Positions 24,328 through 37,669 of a DNA stretch of 64,000 nt are shown here, piece by piece. The notes under the pieces were generated by a model. It saw only the letters and a program-made list of their open reading frames with translations. It did no database searches and was not told the DNA's origin. How positions within the stretch are numbered: position 1 is the first letter of the stretch; each line of letters starts with the position of its first letter. This DNA comes from Podarcis tiliguerta (Eukaryota): assembly GCA_965153285.1 (NCBI GenBank), contig OZ229110.1; one strand, 5' to 3'. Position numbers and translations under genes: made by a program.

Positions 24328-24695
24328 CATAAGAAGATCATAAGAAGGACCTTCTGGAACAGGCCACTGGCCCATTTGGTTCAACATCCTGTTCTCACAG
24401 TGGTCAACCAGATGCCTGTGGCAAGCAGGACCCAAGCATATAAGACCCCTCTCCCCTCCTGTGGCCTCCAGCAACTGGCATCCAGAAACATTACTACCTC
24501 TGGCTGCAGAGCCAGAGCATTTACTAGCTGCTACTAACTGCACCTTAACCTCCATGAATTTGTTTAATTCCTTTTTTAGGCTGTCCAAGTTGGAAATCTT
24601 GTTCCACAGTTTTAACTATGTGCTACGGGAAGAAGCGCTTTCATTTGTCTGTCCCGAATCTCCCGCTATTCAGCGTCACTGAATGATCCCAGGAT
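24328..24695 (-). mobile_element. CR1 LINE 3' fragment
   Basis: ORF2 end DSLKKELNKFME, CR1 3'UTR and (TTCTTATG)-like tail. Confidence 0.75.
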
Positions 24696-25359
24696 AAACC
24701 CACCCAGACCTCAGAGGGCACCACAGAACACTTTGACCTTATGGTTAATCCACCTTTGTTCCTGTGCAAATTTCTCCTGCTTTGAGCTACAACATCCAAC
24801 CTCCTTATTTCATGCACAGTTCCCGCCGCTACTTCACTCTCAGTGGGCAGAAAGAGAAAGAAGTATTGACACAAAAAGCAATTTCCTTTTGTGTATTCCC
24901 CTTGTACTCTCAAGCTAATTAGTAAATTGGCCAGTGTTTCAATTAGAGCTATTGGGAAATGCTTTCGTGCTTGATGCATGGTAATTAATGGGACATGGTC
25001 AAGACCAAGCCATACATATAAAATAAAGATCTTTGCTTCTGTTAAAATATTAATAGTGAAAGATTTGTAATGACTTTAATGTATTATTCACCAGTAGTAT
25101 AGTTGCTGTAATTTTTGTCGGCCTCTTGGGGTGGGAGAAACCGCAGCTCATCGTGAACCTTGCTCTCCAGTTTAAGATGCTAGAAGCCAAAGAACTAGAG
25201 GGGTTTGGCAGAAGTTACTCTTAGGAATACAGCATCCTACTGTAAGTTGCCACCCTGTATGCTCCCAAGGACACCTGTTCAAAATCCACCTTTTTTTGAA
25301 GCCTTTGGCTCAGCCCCCTGCTTCTCATGCCCTACTGCAGCTTGAGCACACACACCTTA

Positions 25360-26010
25360 AGATCACAAAGATTCCTCCTGGATCAGGCTGGTAAGGTAAA
25401 AGGTAAAGGACCCCTGGACAGTTACATCCAGTCAAAGGTGACTATGGGGTTGCGGTGCTCATCTCAATTTCAAGCCAAGGGAGTCAGCGTTTGTCCACAG
25501 ACAGCTTTCCAGGTCATGTGGTCAGCATGACTAAACCACTTCTGGTGCAATGGAACACCGTGGCAGAAAACAGAGTGCACAAAAATGCCATTTACCTTCC
25601 CACCACAGTGGTACCTATTTATCTACTTGCACTGGTGTGCTTTTGAACTGCTAGGTTGGCAGGAGCTGGGACGGAGCAACAGGAGCTCACTCCATTGCGG
25701 GGATTCAAACCGCCGACCTTCTAATCAGCAAGCCCAAGAGGCTCAGTGGTTTAAACCACAGTGCCACCCATGTCTCTATCAGGCCAGCAGCCCACCTAGT
25801 CTAGCATCCTGCTCTCGCTGTAGCCAGATGGAAGCCCAAAAGCAGGACCTAAGAGCACTCTCATCTCCTGTATGTTGCAAAAACTGACATTCAGAAGCGA
25901 TAGAACCTCTGGTTGTGAAGGCAGAGGACTGCTATGGAAGCTAGTAGCCACCAAGAGCCTTATCCTTTGTGAATTTCTCTAACCTTCTCTTAAAACCATT
26001 CAAGTTGGTG
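25360..26010 (-). mobile_element. CR1 3' fragment interrupted by a Sauria SINE
   Basis: Same CR1 3'UTR as at 24328 and 61645, split at ATCAGGC. Confidence 0.65.
25391..25776 (-). mobile_element. Sauria SINE, older copy
   Basis: Homologous to the 23864 copy with CpG decay. ATCAGGC occurs on both flanks (TSD-like). Confidence 0.9.
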
Positions 26011-26173
26011 TCTTACACAACCTTTAGCCTTCATCTTTTGCTGTTCATCTCTGACACAACTTCTCTCTCCTTCCTCTGCTGTTTCCACTGCTGTACTGTA
26101 CAAATGACACACTGTGCTGTATTCTCCTTAGAGCAGGAATAGTGAACAGGAAGGGACTTACGGGTAGCTTCAG

Positions 26174-26534
26174 TAGAATCATAGAATCATAGAGTTGGAA
26201 GAGACCACAAGGGCCATCGAGTCCAACCCCCTGCCAAGCAGGAAACACCATCAGAGCACTCCTGACATATGGTTGTCAAGCCTCTGCTTAAAGACCTCCA
26301 AAGAAGGAGACTCCACCACACTCCTTGGCAGCAAATTCCACTGTCGAACAGCTCTTACTGCCAGGAAGTTCTTCCTAATGTTTAGGTGGAATCTTCTTTC
26401 TTGTAGTTTGGATCCATTGCTCCGTGTCCGCTTCTCTGGAGCAGCAGAAAACAACCTTTCTCCCTCCTCTATATGAGATCCTTTTATATATTTGAACATG
26501 GCTATCATATCACCCCTTAACCTCCTCTTCTCCA
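26174..26534 (-). mobile_element. Young 5'-truncated CR1 LINE
   Basis: Uninterrupted ORF2 C-terminus EKRRLRGDMIAMFKYIKG...RQWNLLPRSVVESPSLEVFKQRLDNHMSGVL* followed by a (GATTCTAT)n tail. Confidence 0.93.
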
Positions 26535-26832
26535 TATCGACCACAATAGTTCGTTTTTAACTGATTTTATCTCTATGGTATTTGTTACGCTTACTGTATA
26601 CCACCTAGAGAAGACTAGAAATTAAGTAGACTAGAAAATGTCATCAACATCATCATCATCATCATATTGTTAACATTTACTAGCATTTACCCACTGTCCT
26701 GTTAAATAATTATTTACTCAAGTCTGGTTACTAATTTAAATTCCTTCTTCCTCTTCACACTTGCTGTAACTGAGCCAGTCCTTTGCCAAAGCTGCCCATG
26801 CCCTATATCATCATCATCATCATCATTGGAAA

Positions 26833-27135
26833 GGGCTATAACTTATAGTGCTAGAGCACACACTTTTCATGCAACATTCCTGGGTTCTCTGGCATCTCCA
26901 GCGGGGGCTGGAACAGAGTGACTAGCCTCTGCTAGTCACTCTAGACTAGGCCTCCTCAACCTGATGTCTTCCAGATGTTGTTGGATCACAACTCCCATCA
27001 TCCCTGACTACTGCCGTGGTCATGGGAGTTGTAGTCCAACAACTTCTGGAGGCCACCAGGTTGGGAAGGGTGCTGTAGACAACACTGTACTAGATGGACT
27101 AGTCTTCTGACTTGAAAGAAAGCACCCTCCTAGGT
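26833..27135 (+). mobile_element. tRNA-derived SINE containing a nested hAT MITE
   Basis: The SINE body is split at its gtagac motif by the 26947-27072 insertion. Confidence 0.65.
26947..27072. mobile_element. Palindromic hAT (Charlie-type) MITE
   Basis: Fold-back structure ccagatgttgttgga..acaactcccat / atgggagttgtagtccaacaacttctgg. 8-bp TSD CTCTAGAC/CTGTAGAC. Related copies lie near 18290, 27715, 29230 and 44510. Confidence 0.85.
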
Positions 27136-27489
27136 TTAATATTTACCTTGTTATCCCTTTCCTCCCTCTCCTTCTCTTGCAGCTACCTCTCTGCAAAAGT
27201 TTAGACATAAGGTCCTGGAGCAGACACCTGCCTATGCTGTAAAGCACAATGAATAGCGATGGCACTAAATAAATATTAATAACAAGGACACAGTAGCGGT
27301 AATTAGGACAAGGACATCAGTGTTTAAACTACAGGCAGATCCCCAAGTAAATATTCCTAAGCAAATACTGTGCAACCACTGTGTAAATGATCATTGTAAA
27401 CCCCAGACATCCGTTTACTCATGTCACATATGAAACTTAATAAAAGCTAACGTGTGCCTTAATATAAAGGTAACTTCCTTTCTTGCACT

Positions 27490-27625
27490 CAGTGTTATTT
27501 TTCTAGAAAAAGAGGTGCTGGAACTTAGCATGAATGCCTCCCTTGTTCTCTTATAATGGCAATGGTGCCCACCTGAGAGATGTCAGAATCGAGTTCAGGT
27601 GAGTTCTGGCTGAAAAAAAGCCCTG
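27490..27625. mobile_element. hAT MITE
   Basis: Ends CAGTGTTATTTTTC/GAAAAAAAGCCCTG. TSD CTTGCACT/CTTGCACC. Confidence 0.8.
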
Positions 27626-30600
27626 CTTGCACCCCCACACTTTTAGGAATGACAAGTCATTCCTTTACCACAAGGCACAACTGTCCTGAATATGAAATGT
27701 AGCTAAAGCTGAAAGCATAGCCAACATGATTCCCTCCAGATGTTCTTCAGCTACATCTCCCATCATCCCTGATCACTGAGTATGCTGGTTGGAACTGATG
27801 GAAGTTGTTCAGCAACATCTGGGGCTGTCCCTGCATTAAAATAATACACTGAATGCTTTTGGAACTCTTGCTAGTGCAGAGTCACTAAAGAGGGTGTGAC
27901 TCTGATTCATAACATGGGTGGAAGCCTCCTGGGAGCCCAGAGTATATGAGGAATTAAGTACCATAGACACATTCTTTAAGGACGCTAAGTGTGGTACTTG
28001 ATTTGGGCTAACTTCTGTTAAAGTCAGTAAGTGGGCCTCTCATTTTCTCCAAGTATGCTACCTTGATTGGCCATTTATGAAAATCCAGAGGGGGCACAGG
28101 AGCGAAAGCATCAGAGCATTCTTTTGCATTCACTTTGCACTCATGCCAGTGATTAATTGAGAAAGGAGGCCAAACGGGATCAGAGGCTCTTGATGTAACT
28201 ACATATGCAATTTAACAGATGGCAATTAGCAAATTAAGTAACAAGGAGAATATTGCACAAGGAGTCTCCATTTCAACTTATTTTGCCCCCTCGTTTTCAT
28301 TCCCTTCCACCCTGCCTCTCTAAATTCAGAGGCTATTTTGCTTTTCATTTTTAGCCCAGTGAAATCTTTATTGCTATTAGACTTTATTTAAGTTTCCATT
28401 TAAAAGGAGAACTCCTGTTTAGCCTTTTTGGAATATATTCCTGTAGTTTTACAGGATGTGAAATCCTGCGCTTATCCCAGGAACAAAGAACCCTTAGCAT
28501 GCTCAGTCCATGTTTCCACACACTGATCATCCTCTCCTCCTGGCATCAGGAGGACATTTTGCTTCCTGAGGTGCAGCAGCAAATGATGCCAACCCCTCTC
28601 CAAAGTCCAGGGACATAATAATCAAGGCCAGTGAAGTTATTTTGGCAACTGCGACAGGAAATCCCCAGTCTCCTCTCTTGCTCTCTGGCAGTAAAAATAC
28701 AAAAATGATAAATTAAGTAACTATCAATTTTCTGTTTCTTCATGACATCCCAAATCAGCTGCCTAAAGTGGAAATCCTCAGTCATGTAGGGCTGGCCCTA
28801 TTTGAAAGACAGAACAGAGTACATGAAATATCTAATTTTTAATTTAAATTTCATGAAAATACTGCTAATGAGTCAATTAAAAAACAATGTCACCACTATC
28901 CTTCATGCAAGAAGTAATCATTTACCATTCTGGCCTCTATCTTGTCACATGCAGCACTCGTTCTGTTCTGCTGTAGTTCGCCTTCCACTAAAAACCACAC
29001 TATTCACCTCACTGTATGCTATGGAAAAGTTACATAACTTATATAATTAGTTATGTAAATTACACGTATCATGGTGTCATTGCATTGTTCATTTCAATGC
29101 AAAGGAAACACAACTGTGAATACCAATTTTGTATTTGCTGGATTGATTTCTGTTCTAGACATGTGACTAATGAGCAAACATTGGTAATTTCCACTATTAT
29201 TATTTTTGTGTGTGCGCGCGCAGTAGTTTAGGCTGAGAAAGCTGACTATAGCAGATGTTGCTGGATTACGGTTTCCATCTTCCTTGACAACTGGCTCTGC
29301 TGGCTGGGCCTGATGGGAGTTGGATCAGCAAAATCCAGAGGGCTGCAGATTCCCTACCACTGGTCTACAGTGACTGGGTTTGCTCCACGACTCAACCCAG
29401 CTTCCCCTAATTCACTCTGGCAATGATGACGACAACTACACATCACTCAGGCTGTGCACGGACATAACAGAAATCACATGTGTCAGAAACACTTGCCATA
29501 ACAGGCACAGCAAGTGAAATTGTGGGCCACATTTTGGGAAGAAGTTTGTCCCTCAAGCCCAGGTATCCACAGTCTCTGTCACTAGCTCACAAAGGATCAA
29601 GGGCCCCTGTCCCTCTGGCAAATAGCAGTCCCAGCAGCCTCCAGCAGGCCTTCTTATGCCTCAGTTTGGAGAACGGAAGCAGCAGAAGGAGTTTCTCCTG
29701 CTCTTTCTTCCCTTCCCCCAAAATGCATCAGCAGCAAGAGGGAACATCATAATATTTCCTCAAGTCTTCTGTATTGGCAAGAGTATAAAAGGGAGAGGTT
29801 GGAGATCCCTGTTTTTTTGTACATGCAAAACACAAAAGTCGGGCCCCCAAGGAGTATATATCCTAGTTTTTGACAATGAGAAGATAACAGGGCAAGAGAA
29901 AGGAGGGGAGGGGAATGAAAGACACAGGTAGCAAATTATGGTGTAAGCACTGCAAAATCTTAACCAGAATAAATTTAAGAAGGGTAGCAGACTTCTTGGC
30001 AATATCCATCATGTATTTTAATTTTTTGCTCTAATTCTGTTCCACCTACTTTAAGAACAAAATCTTGTGTCAAACCCCATCATGGATTTATAGCCTGATG
30101 AAATAATCAACAGCCTTTGGTTCTCTTGAAAAACATGGGCTCTTGAAGTGTGGTAGGGATCCTTTTGAAGTCTAGAGGTAGGACTGAAAGGTTTTTGGAT
30201 GCCTTCCTGCACATGTGCTGAAAAGGAAGGCAAATGAGCTGAGGGCCCCCAGACCACTCCCTATCTCCTCTCCACTGAATGTACTGTCCTGCCCTGCCAT
30301 GAGGTGTCCAGAACTTCAAACTGTCTCCCTTGGTTTAAGGCTTTTAGCTGAAGGAAGGGAGATCTGGAAGCTATATAGAGAGCCTTTTTTTTTTTTGGTT
30401 ATCCTTCAGCAGCAGAATGTTGTTACTATGGAGATGGTGGCAAAGATGGGATTCTTCAAAGAAGTCAGAAAGAAGGTTCTGTGAGAGGATCTCTGTGCAA
30501 CACGGAACAGTTGTCAGCTTTGAAGGCTTAAGCTTCCTTTGTGTCACAGAACCCATATCTATCTGTCTATCTATCAAAGCACTGATGGGTTGTGAGATGA

Positions 30601-31059
30601 GGTTGGCAGCAGGAAACGATGCCTGCTGATTAAAGTGTGACACCCCATCCCTCTTCCTGGTGGCTGCTCAATGGAACCAGACACTTTCTACAAGTGGGTC
30701 CACCTCACATGTCTCTCCTGCTGCCCTGTGCCTTCCTCTCTCTTACTTGGGCACCTTTACCCTTTCCTCATATATCGTGCCAGCCTTCCTGGCGTCTTCA
30801 TCCTTCCTTATGTCATTCACTGAATTCTCTCCCAAAAGGTTCTGTTATTGCACTGTCATAGAATGAAACACAGAAAGGCAATTATGCCAAAATATATTAA
30901 GCTTCCATGCTAAAAAAAAGAAGCTGCTGTGTACTAAGTTCCAAGGTTGTCTTATGCCGATGCAGTTTGGCACTGCAAATTCATGATGGAAGATATGCTG
31001 CACTATATTGCCTAAAGCGCAACACAAATTTGGAGATCAACTATCGGACCAAAGAGAAG

Positions 31060-31200
31060 GACCAGATGGACCAGGACTGTGGAGACCCTGATTCAAACCA
31101 CCATTCAGCCATGAATTTCACTGGGGAACCTTGGGTTTTTCACTCTCAGTCTAACTCACCTCACAGGGTTGTTGGGAGTGAATGGAAGGTGGGATGGCAA
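31060..31200 (+). mobile_element. Short tRNA-related SINE (MIR/Squam3-like)
   Basis: ttcaaaccaccattcagccatgaa...ctcagtctaactcacctcacagggttgtt motif. Confidence 0.55.
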
Positions 31201-31229
31201 AAGGGCACCTTACAAATATGTAAAATACT

Positions 31230-31690
31230 AAAACAGTTTCAAAGCTTACCATTAAAAAAACACAATCATAAAAAATAGGGTAAATCCTGAAAACATACAT
31301 CTCGGGTATCAAAGGCCAAGGTATTCACCAAAAACTGTATAATGAAGGTGACAGGCATACATCTGTGTAGAGGGAGTTCCACAACTCACAGAGAATGCAT
31401 TCTCCTCGAGCTTCTGAGGTGGCAGAAGGGCCCCCTACGCAGCTCTTAGCACCCAAGAGATTTGTAGGAAAGGACACAGCTTTTCAGATATTTAGGGCCT
31501 GGGTTGCTTTGGGCTGTAAGGCAAGGGTCTGGATCCAAACTGGCAACCAATAAAACAGGATAATGGGATTTCAGTGGAAGCCCAGTCAGTAATCTGGCTG
31601 CTGCTTCATTTCGGACCAATTAAAGTTTCCAAGTTATCTTCAGAGGCAGCCCCATGTAGATGTTGAACTGTTTCTTTAAATCTAAAGGTT
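31230..31690 (-). mobile_element. Old L2-like LINE 3' fragment
   Basis: Decayed L2 3' motifs (aggcagccccatgtag, aatctggctgctgc). Confidence 0.5.
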
Positions 31691-33222
31691 CATCATTGTT
31701 TCACCCAATGTGTATACCTTTAAGGGGCCAGAGCAAGGGCCAGAGTAAACTAATGAGATCCAGCCTTGCAGCTGTGAGGCATAGCAGGTGCTGCTGAGTT
31801 GCATTGATTAAGCTGTGTTGGGAATTGGCCACAGTATATAAGGAGCAGCACCTAGCTCTGCCATTCACCCTGGGGGATGGGTTGGTGGTTGGGTCGTGTT
31901 TGTTTGTAGATGTATTTGGTGTATAAGGAGTTTTTGTTTTTCTTATTAAAACCTTGTTTAAGTTATTTTTGAGTCCCTTCTTTTTAATGCAAGCTCTCCC
32001 CAGCAAGCTCTCTGCAGCGTTACTTTACTGCGAAAAAGCCAACAGTAGAGCGCATTGCAATAATCCAGTCTGGAAAGTACCAGAGCATGGAAGACAGTGG
32101 CCCAGTCATTTGTGTCCAAAAGGAGTCATAACAGGTTAACCAGTTGGAGCTGGAGAACACTGTTGAATCCCGGAGTACCACCAAGCTGCAGACTTGCTCA
32201 CTCCAAGGGAGTTGCAACCGTATCCAGGACAGGTTGTTTCTCAACTTGGGACATCTAACACTTCTGTCCTTTCAGGATTCACCCACATTTTACTGGCCCA
32301 CACCAACCCATCACTGCCTCCAAGCGCTGGTCTAACTCTCCTCTCCCAGTTCAGATAGAGCAGAGGGATGGAGCTGAGTGGGGTAAGTGGGTGGGTTCTT
32401 ACATCATTTTATAAAGGCACATCATAGATTAGTTTCCCCGGAAACACTTGAACCTATGTCCCTGTAGCAACAGCTAATAACAAAACAATTTGGCTTGACA
32501 TCTCAGGCTGTGTAGTGCATTTCTGATCAGCTCACTGTTAAAATGCCATCATGGGGTGGTGTGTTTGTTATATCCCAATGATTGCAGATCAATTTTTTTC
32601 TCAGTTTGCAAACAAAGAGATAGTGTTTATTAGAGCCCAGAGATATTGGCTTAGAGTCAAGCTGTTCCCCTTCCCCACCTTTTCTCTCACAGCAACTCAA
32701 GTAATAAACACATTGCAGAATAAACGGGGCCCGTGGCGACAACACTGAAGCCCAAGCAAAGGCGAATGTGCCACACAGGGGCAACAAAGGGTGGAACTGG
32801 GTTTGCAAAACATTTATGGCTGTTGACAGTGGGTGTTCTGTAGAAGAGCTGCATGTGATGCTGGCAAACCTTTTAAAAACGATGTTCTAATTTGAGAGCA
32901 CATTTGATCTGGAATCACCAGGAACTGATTCATGTATAAAATGCAACTGTTCAAAGGCTGGTTCATACAACAAGCCAGTGCTACTTGCTATATGGCTCCA
33001 GCAATTTTTTCCATCCTACCCCCAAAATGTTTTTAAATGTTTTAAAATAGGTTTTAATCTGTGGTGTTTTAAATTTTGGTTTTTGGTTTGTTTTTGCTCT
33101 GTTGGGGGGTGGAATAAACATTCAGTTGGGGCTGGGGATTAGTTTGAGTATAAATGTAATTTTTTAAATAATTGGTTTCTACTGTCTTATTGGTTTATTG
33201 TACAGTTTGTATTCTGTTTTGA

Positions 33223-35290
33223 ATGGGAGAGGGTCAGGGCTGCCTGGGAGTGGGCCCCAGCCAACAGAATGGCTGGGGCATGTTCCACAGTGGGGGGGGG
33301 GGATGCACCAGGACACCTGATCTCAGTGATCACAGGTAGGAGAAGGAGTTATGCTAGGACCAGACCATGTCATTACTGAGGAGGCAGGTTTCCTCGTTGT
33401 TGGAAGACTATCCCTGCCTCCGGATCTGGTCCTGACCAGATGGATACTGGAATCAGGAAGGGATACCCACATGACCTGTAGGTGCTGCTGTGCAATGCCA
33501 GGTCAATGATTCACAAGACCGCTGCCATCCATGACTCGATCATGGATGGAGGACCTGACCTGGCATGTGTAACAGAGACTTGGTTGGACGAGGCAGATGG
33601 GCCTGTTCTTGCCACTGCTTGTCCACCAGTTTTTTTTCCTAAGCACAGCAACCCAGGTCATATGTGTGGGGAGGGGAGGGGTTGTAGTGATTTTTAGGAA
33701 GCCATTAGCTTGCACCAGGCATCCTATTGGGAAGACCCAGTTTTCTGAGTGCACGTTCTGGAAGCTGGGCAAAAGCGGCAGTATAGGATTCCTTTTGGTG
33801 TACCGATGTCCTTGCTGCACCAAGAATTCGCTGCCTGAGCTGCTTCAGGATGTGGCAGATGTTCTCCTGGACACACCCAGTTTGGTTGTCCTAGGGGATT
33901 ATAACATCCATGCTGGCACAACCTTACAAGGGGTAGCTTGGGACTTCATAGAAAGCATGGTCTCCATGGGGCTGTCCCTGAATAAGTTTGGCTCAACTCA
34001 TAGCCATGGAAATCCCTTAGATCTGGTGTTTACCTCTACGGATGTGGGTGATTTGATACTAAGGAAAAGTGAAACAAAAGAAGTGCCATGATCAGATCAC
34101 TTCCTGGTGCAACTAGACTTCTCCACAACCCTTCCCCTCTGAAGGGAGGTAGAACCAATTCGGATGGTCCGCCCTCGCCATTTAATGGATCCAGATGGTT
34201 TCCAAAGAGCGGTAGGGGATGTTTTATCCCATGTTGATGGCCTCTCAGCTGATTCCCCAGTGGTCCACTGGAATGCGGAGTTAACTAGGGCTATCAACTG
34301 TCTGGCTCCGAAGTGCCATCTCTGATTGCATGGAGCCTGTGGTTTTCTCCAGAGCTGAGGGCGATGAAACAATCACTGAGACAGCTAGAGTGCCAGTGGT
34401 GGAAAACGTATTCTGAACTGAGCAGACACAGGTTAGAGCTCAACCAAGTGGTGATAGCAACAGCAAAGTGGACCTTCTTCACCGCCTCTATTGCATCTGT
34501 AGAAAATAGCAGCAGGAGACTTTCAGGTGATTTGCAATCTAACAGAACCACCTTCACCATCAGGGCCTGGTGAGGACCCCAAGATCTCCTGGAATGATTT
34601 TGCAAAGTTGTTTGCAGATAAAGTCGCTCAGATTTGGAAAGAGGTAGACTCCACCATGGTAGTAGACTGAGACCCTACCTGCCCACAGACTGTGTCACCA
34701 GAGTGGTGCCTGCTTTGGTTATCTCCCGCTTGGACTACTACAATGCGCTCTACGTGGGGCTTCCTGTGAAGGTGACTTGGAAACTACAACTAATCCAGAA
34801 TGTGGCAACTAGACTGGTGACTGGGAGCGGCCACCAAAACCATATAACACCGGTCCTGAAAGACCTACTTTGGTTCCCCATACATTTCCGAGTACAATTC
34901 AAAGTGTTGGTGCTGACCTTTAAAGACCTAAATGACCTCGGCCCAGTATACCTGAAGGAGCGTCTCCACCCTTAATGTTCAGCCCAGATACTGAGTTCCA
35001 GCTCTGAGGGCCTTCTGGCTGTTCCCTCACTGCGAGAAGTAAAGCTACAGGGAACCAGGCAGAGGGTCTTCTCAGTAGTGGTGTGTGCCCTGTGGAACAC
35101 CCTCCCATCAGATGTTAGGGATATAAACAACTATCTGACTTTTAGAAGATATTTGAAGGCAGCCCTGTATTGGGAAATTTTTAATGTTTGATGTTTTACA
35201 ATTTTTTTATGTGCTGTAAGCTGCCCAGAGTGGCTGGGTAAACCCAGACAGATGGGCAGGGTATAAATAAAATAATTGTTGTTGTTGTTG
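33223..35290 (+). mobile_element. L2-clade LINE with APE endonuclease and RT C-terminus but the RT core deleted
   Basis: Endonuclease motifs LLCNARS, DLACVTETWL, LVVLGDYNIH, LDLVF and SDHFLV are followed directly by ALVISRLDYYNALYVGLP...LQLIQN and the L2 3' tail. Frameshifts and stops are present. Confidence 0.9.
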
Positions 35291-37669
35291 TGTGCACAGT
35301 CATTAGATGAAGTGCACGTAAAATGTTTGTTGCATGAAGCAGCTTCCATGTGCTTGCACAACTGTTGGTTTTGGACTCCCTCATCAGCCCTTAGCTCCAC
35401 ATATCCACAGTGGCACAATCCATGGGATTGCTCAACGTCAAAATAGGCTTGGATTATTTATTTTATTTATTAAAAGATATATATGTAGTTAACAGAGTAT
35501 AAGGACAGTTTACAAGATATGATTGTCCCATACTGCAGATGGGAGGGCTGAGAGACTGAGAGATAGAGGGTTGCCAAAGACTGTGAAGTGGGAGCATTCC
35601 AGTGCATAGCTCATCTTCTTAACCACTCTGTTCCATAGTTTCATTTCCCAGTTTTTTGGGGGAGTTAGAAAACTATTTTTGCTGTTACAACTCAATTGTG
35701 GAACTAAGTTCACAATTTTCACATTGCCAAAATTGGGAATGCACAGATTTCCATAAAATTTTATCATCCAGTTTATATGCACAGATGCAAATGAGGACAT
35801 AATTACTATGATTTATATAGAAATTTAATACAACTCACCACATGGGAGAGACTGACCAGGCGACCTGTGTGCTAGCACAGTTGACTGACGAGGTATTAAA
35901 TACCTCATCTCCCTTTTATTTACCTTCATCTTGAAACTATTTGAAGGAGCCTTTCAAACAGAGGACTCCTTCAAATAGAGGGCCTGTCCTCTATAAAGGA
36001 GGCCACCCCACTGCTCTGCATGAAGCCTTAATGAAAAATGATGAAGGCAGGGTGCCTTTCCTTCATCATCACAGAGCCGCAGTCATCCTACACTTCAGGA
36101 ATTTGAGGAAGGACTTCCATGACAGAACTCTCTGCAGGCAGGCACACAAGGCCTGGGAGCTTTCATTTTAGAAATTAAGCACTGGAGATAGAAATGGGTC
36201 AACTGTCTGGCCTCTGCAACTTGTGAAGGATTGAGTCATTCCAACACACGGGCATGCTCTCCTTCCGTTCTTTTCCTTCTGCAAAAGGGTGGGGAAGAAG
36301 GGAAAAGCTCTCTCCTTCAGGAAGCACATGGGCTGCTGCGTCCCCTCCAAAAGGCAAGACATGCCAATTCTTCCAGCCCTGTCTCAAGACCTCTGAGATT
36401 TCGGCCTGCGTCAGGGGCTGGCAGCCATCAATCACCTTTCCTAGATTAAGTGACGCCTACTGTCTGGTTCAGCTCATGAAAAGGAAAAGGAAAGTCGCCT
36501 TACTGGCTGATATGTGACAGGAGCAGCTGAGGGTCTACTGTCTGCAGAAGTTACCTCAGGAGCCCAAGTGAGCAAAGTTAGCCAAGTGGGCCGCACAGAG
36601 CTACTGCTTCTCACTGGAACCGCCCTCCTTGCTTCCCCCAGTTCTCTCATTATGTAACTGCCACGGGCTAAAAATACAACTTGCAGCCGTGATGCAGCCC
36701 AAGCTGAGCAAGATGCAAATTTAATGAGGCTACCATGGAAACAAGCTTCACTTAGCCAGGGAAGGGGGGGGCTGGGTTTGTTTGTGGGGAGCCTGGCAGG
36801 GATGCTCCTTGGCCAAAGCAGAAGTTGCAGGAAACCAGCCCAATTAAAAATAATATATAATATAACATAAAGTCTGCCTTATTATGAAAGATCAGAGTAT
36901 TCTGGTGAAGTCCAGCCAGGTTTTAGGGGGGGGGGGGGAAGGAAAAGTGAAATGTTGGTCTCTTTATTTTTAGCGTGAGGATAAATATTTACAAGTTGAT
37001 CTTAAATTAAATATAAGCACACACCATGAATGATGAATTGGGGGAGTTTCCACCGAGGTCGCTAGATTAAAAATATACCTTCTACAAAGAACAGTATCTT
37101 GTCAGATTTTATGTGCCAGCCAGCACCATGTTCTGGAGTAAGCTACACTTCTAACAGAGGGGGAACTTTCTGCCAAGCCTCCATTGCCCTCCCCCAAAAA
37201 GGAAGGAAGGTCTATAGGTTACTGCTGTTAACATGGGCTGGATTTCTATAGGCATTGCCTTGCCAAACTGAAGGGTCTACTGGTTGTTTCATAGCACTCT
37301 TGACAGGAGCCAGCTGAGCAATCTGCCATCTTTAAAACCAGATACTAGTACCTGTAAGGATTCTGAGTAGTCTCTAGCCAAAGTCAATCCCCAGAAGGAC
37401 CTCAGTGGAGAAATCGTTTCGCAGTCTTCACTTGCAGCCTCAGCTTTCAAAGCTCTCCGTTTCCCTCAGCCAACTCCACAAATAATCTTGAGGCCTTGTC
37501 CCCATCATGAAGTCTGAGGTTAACTTACATTGCACTTGATCCTAGCCCATACCTGGCATGTCCTGATGGAGGACATGGTCTCATGACCTACCAGCATGCT
37601 CTCCCAGACAACTACTACTGTTCTCACAAACAATATAGCACAAAGGGGGAGGTGAAGGGGACATGGGAA

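Noticed and set aside
33482-34975. Domesticated endonuclease/RT gene
   Set aside because: Multiple frameshifts and stops and a missing RT core mark it as a decayed L2 copy.
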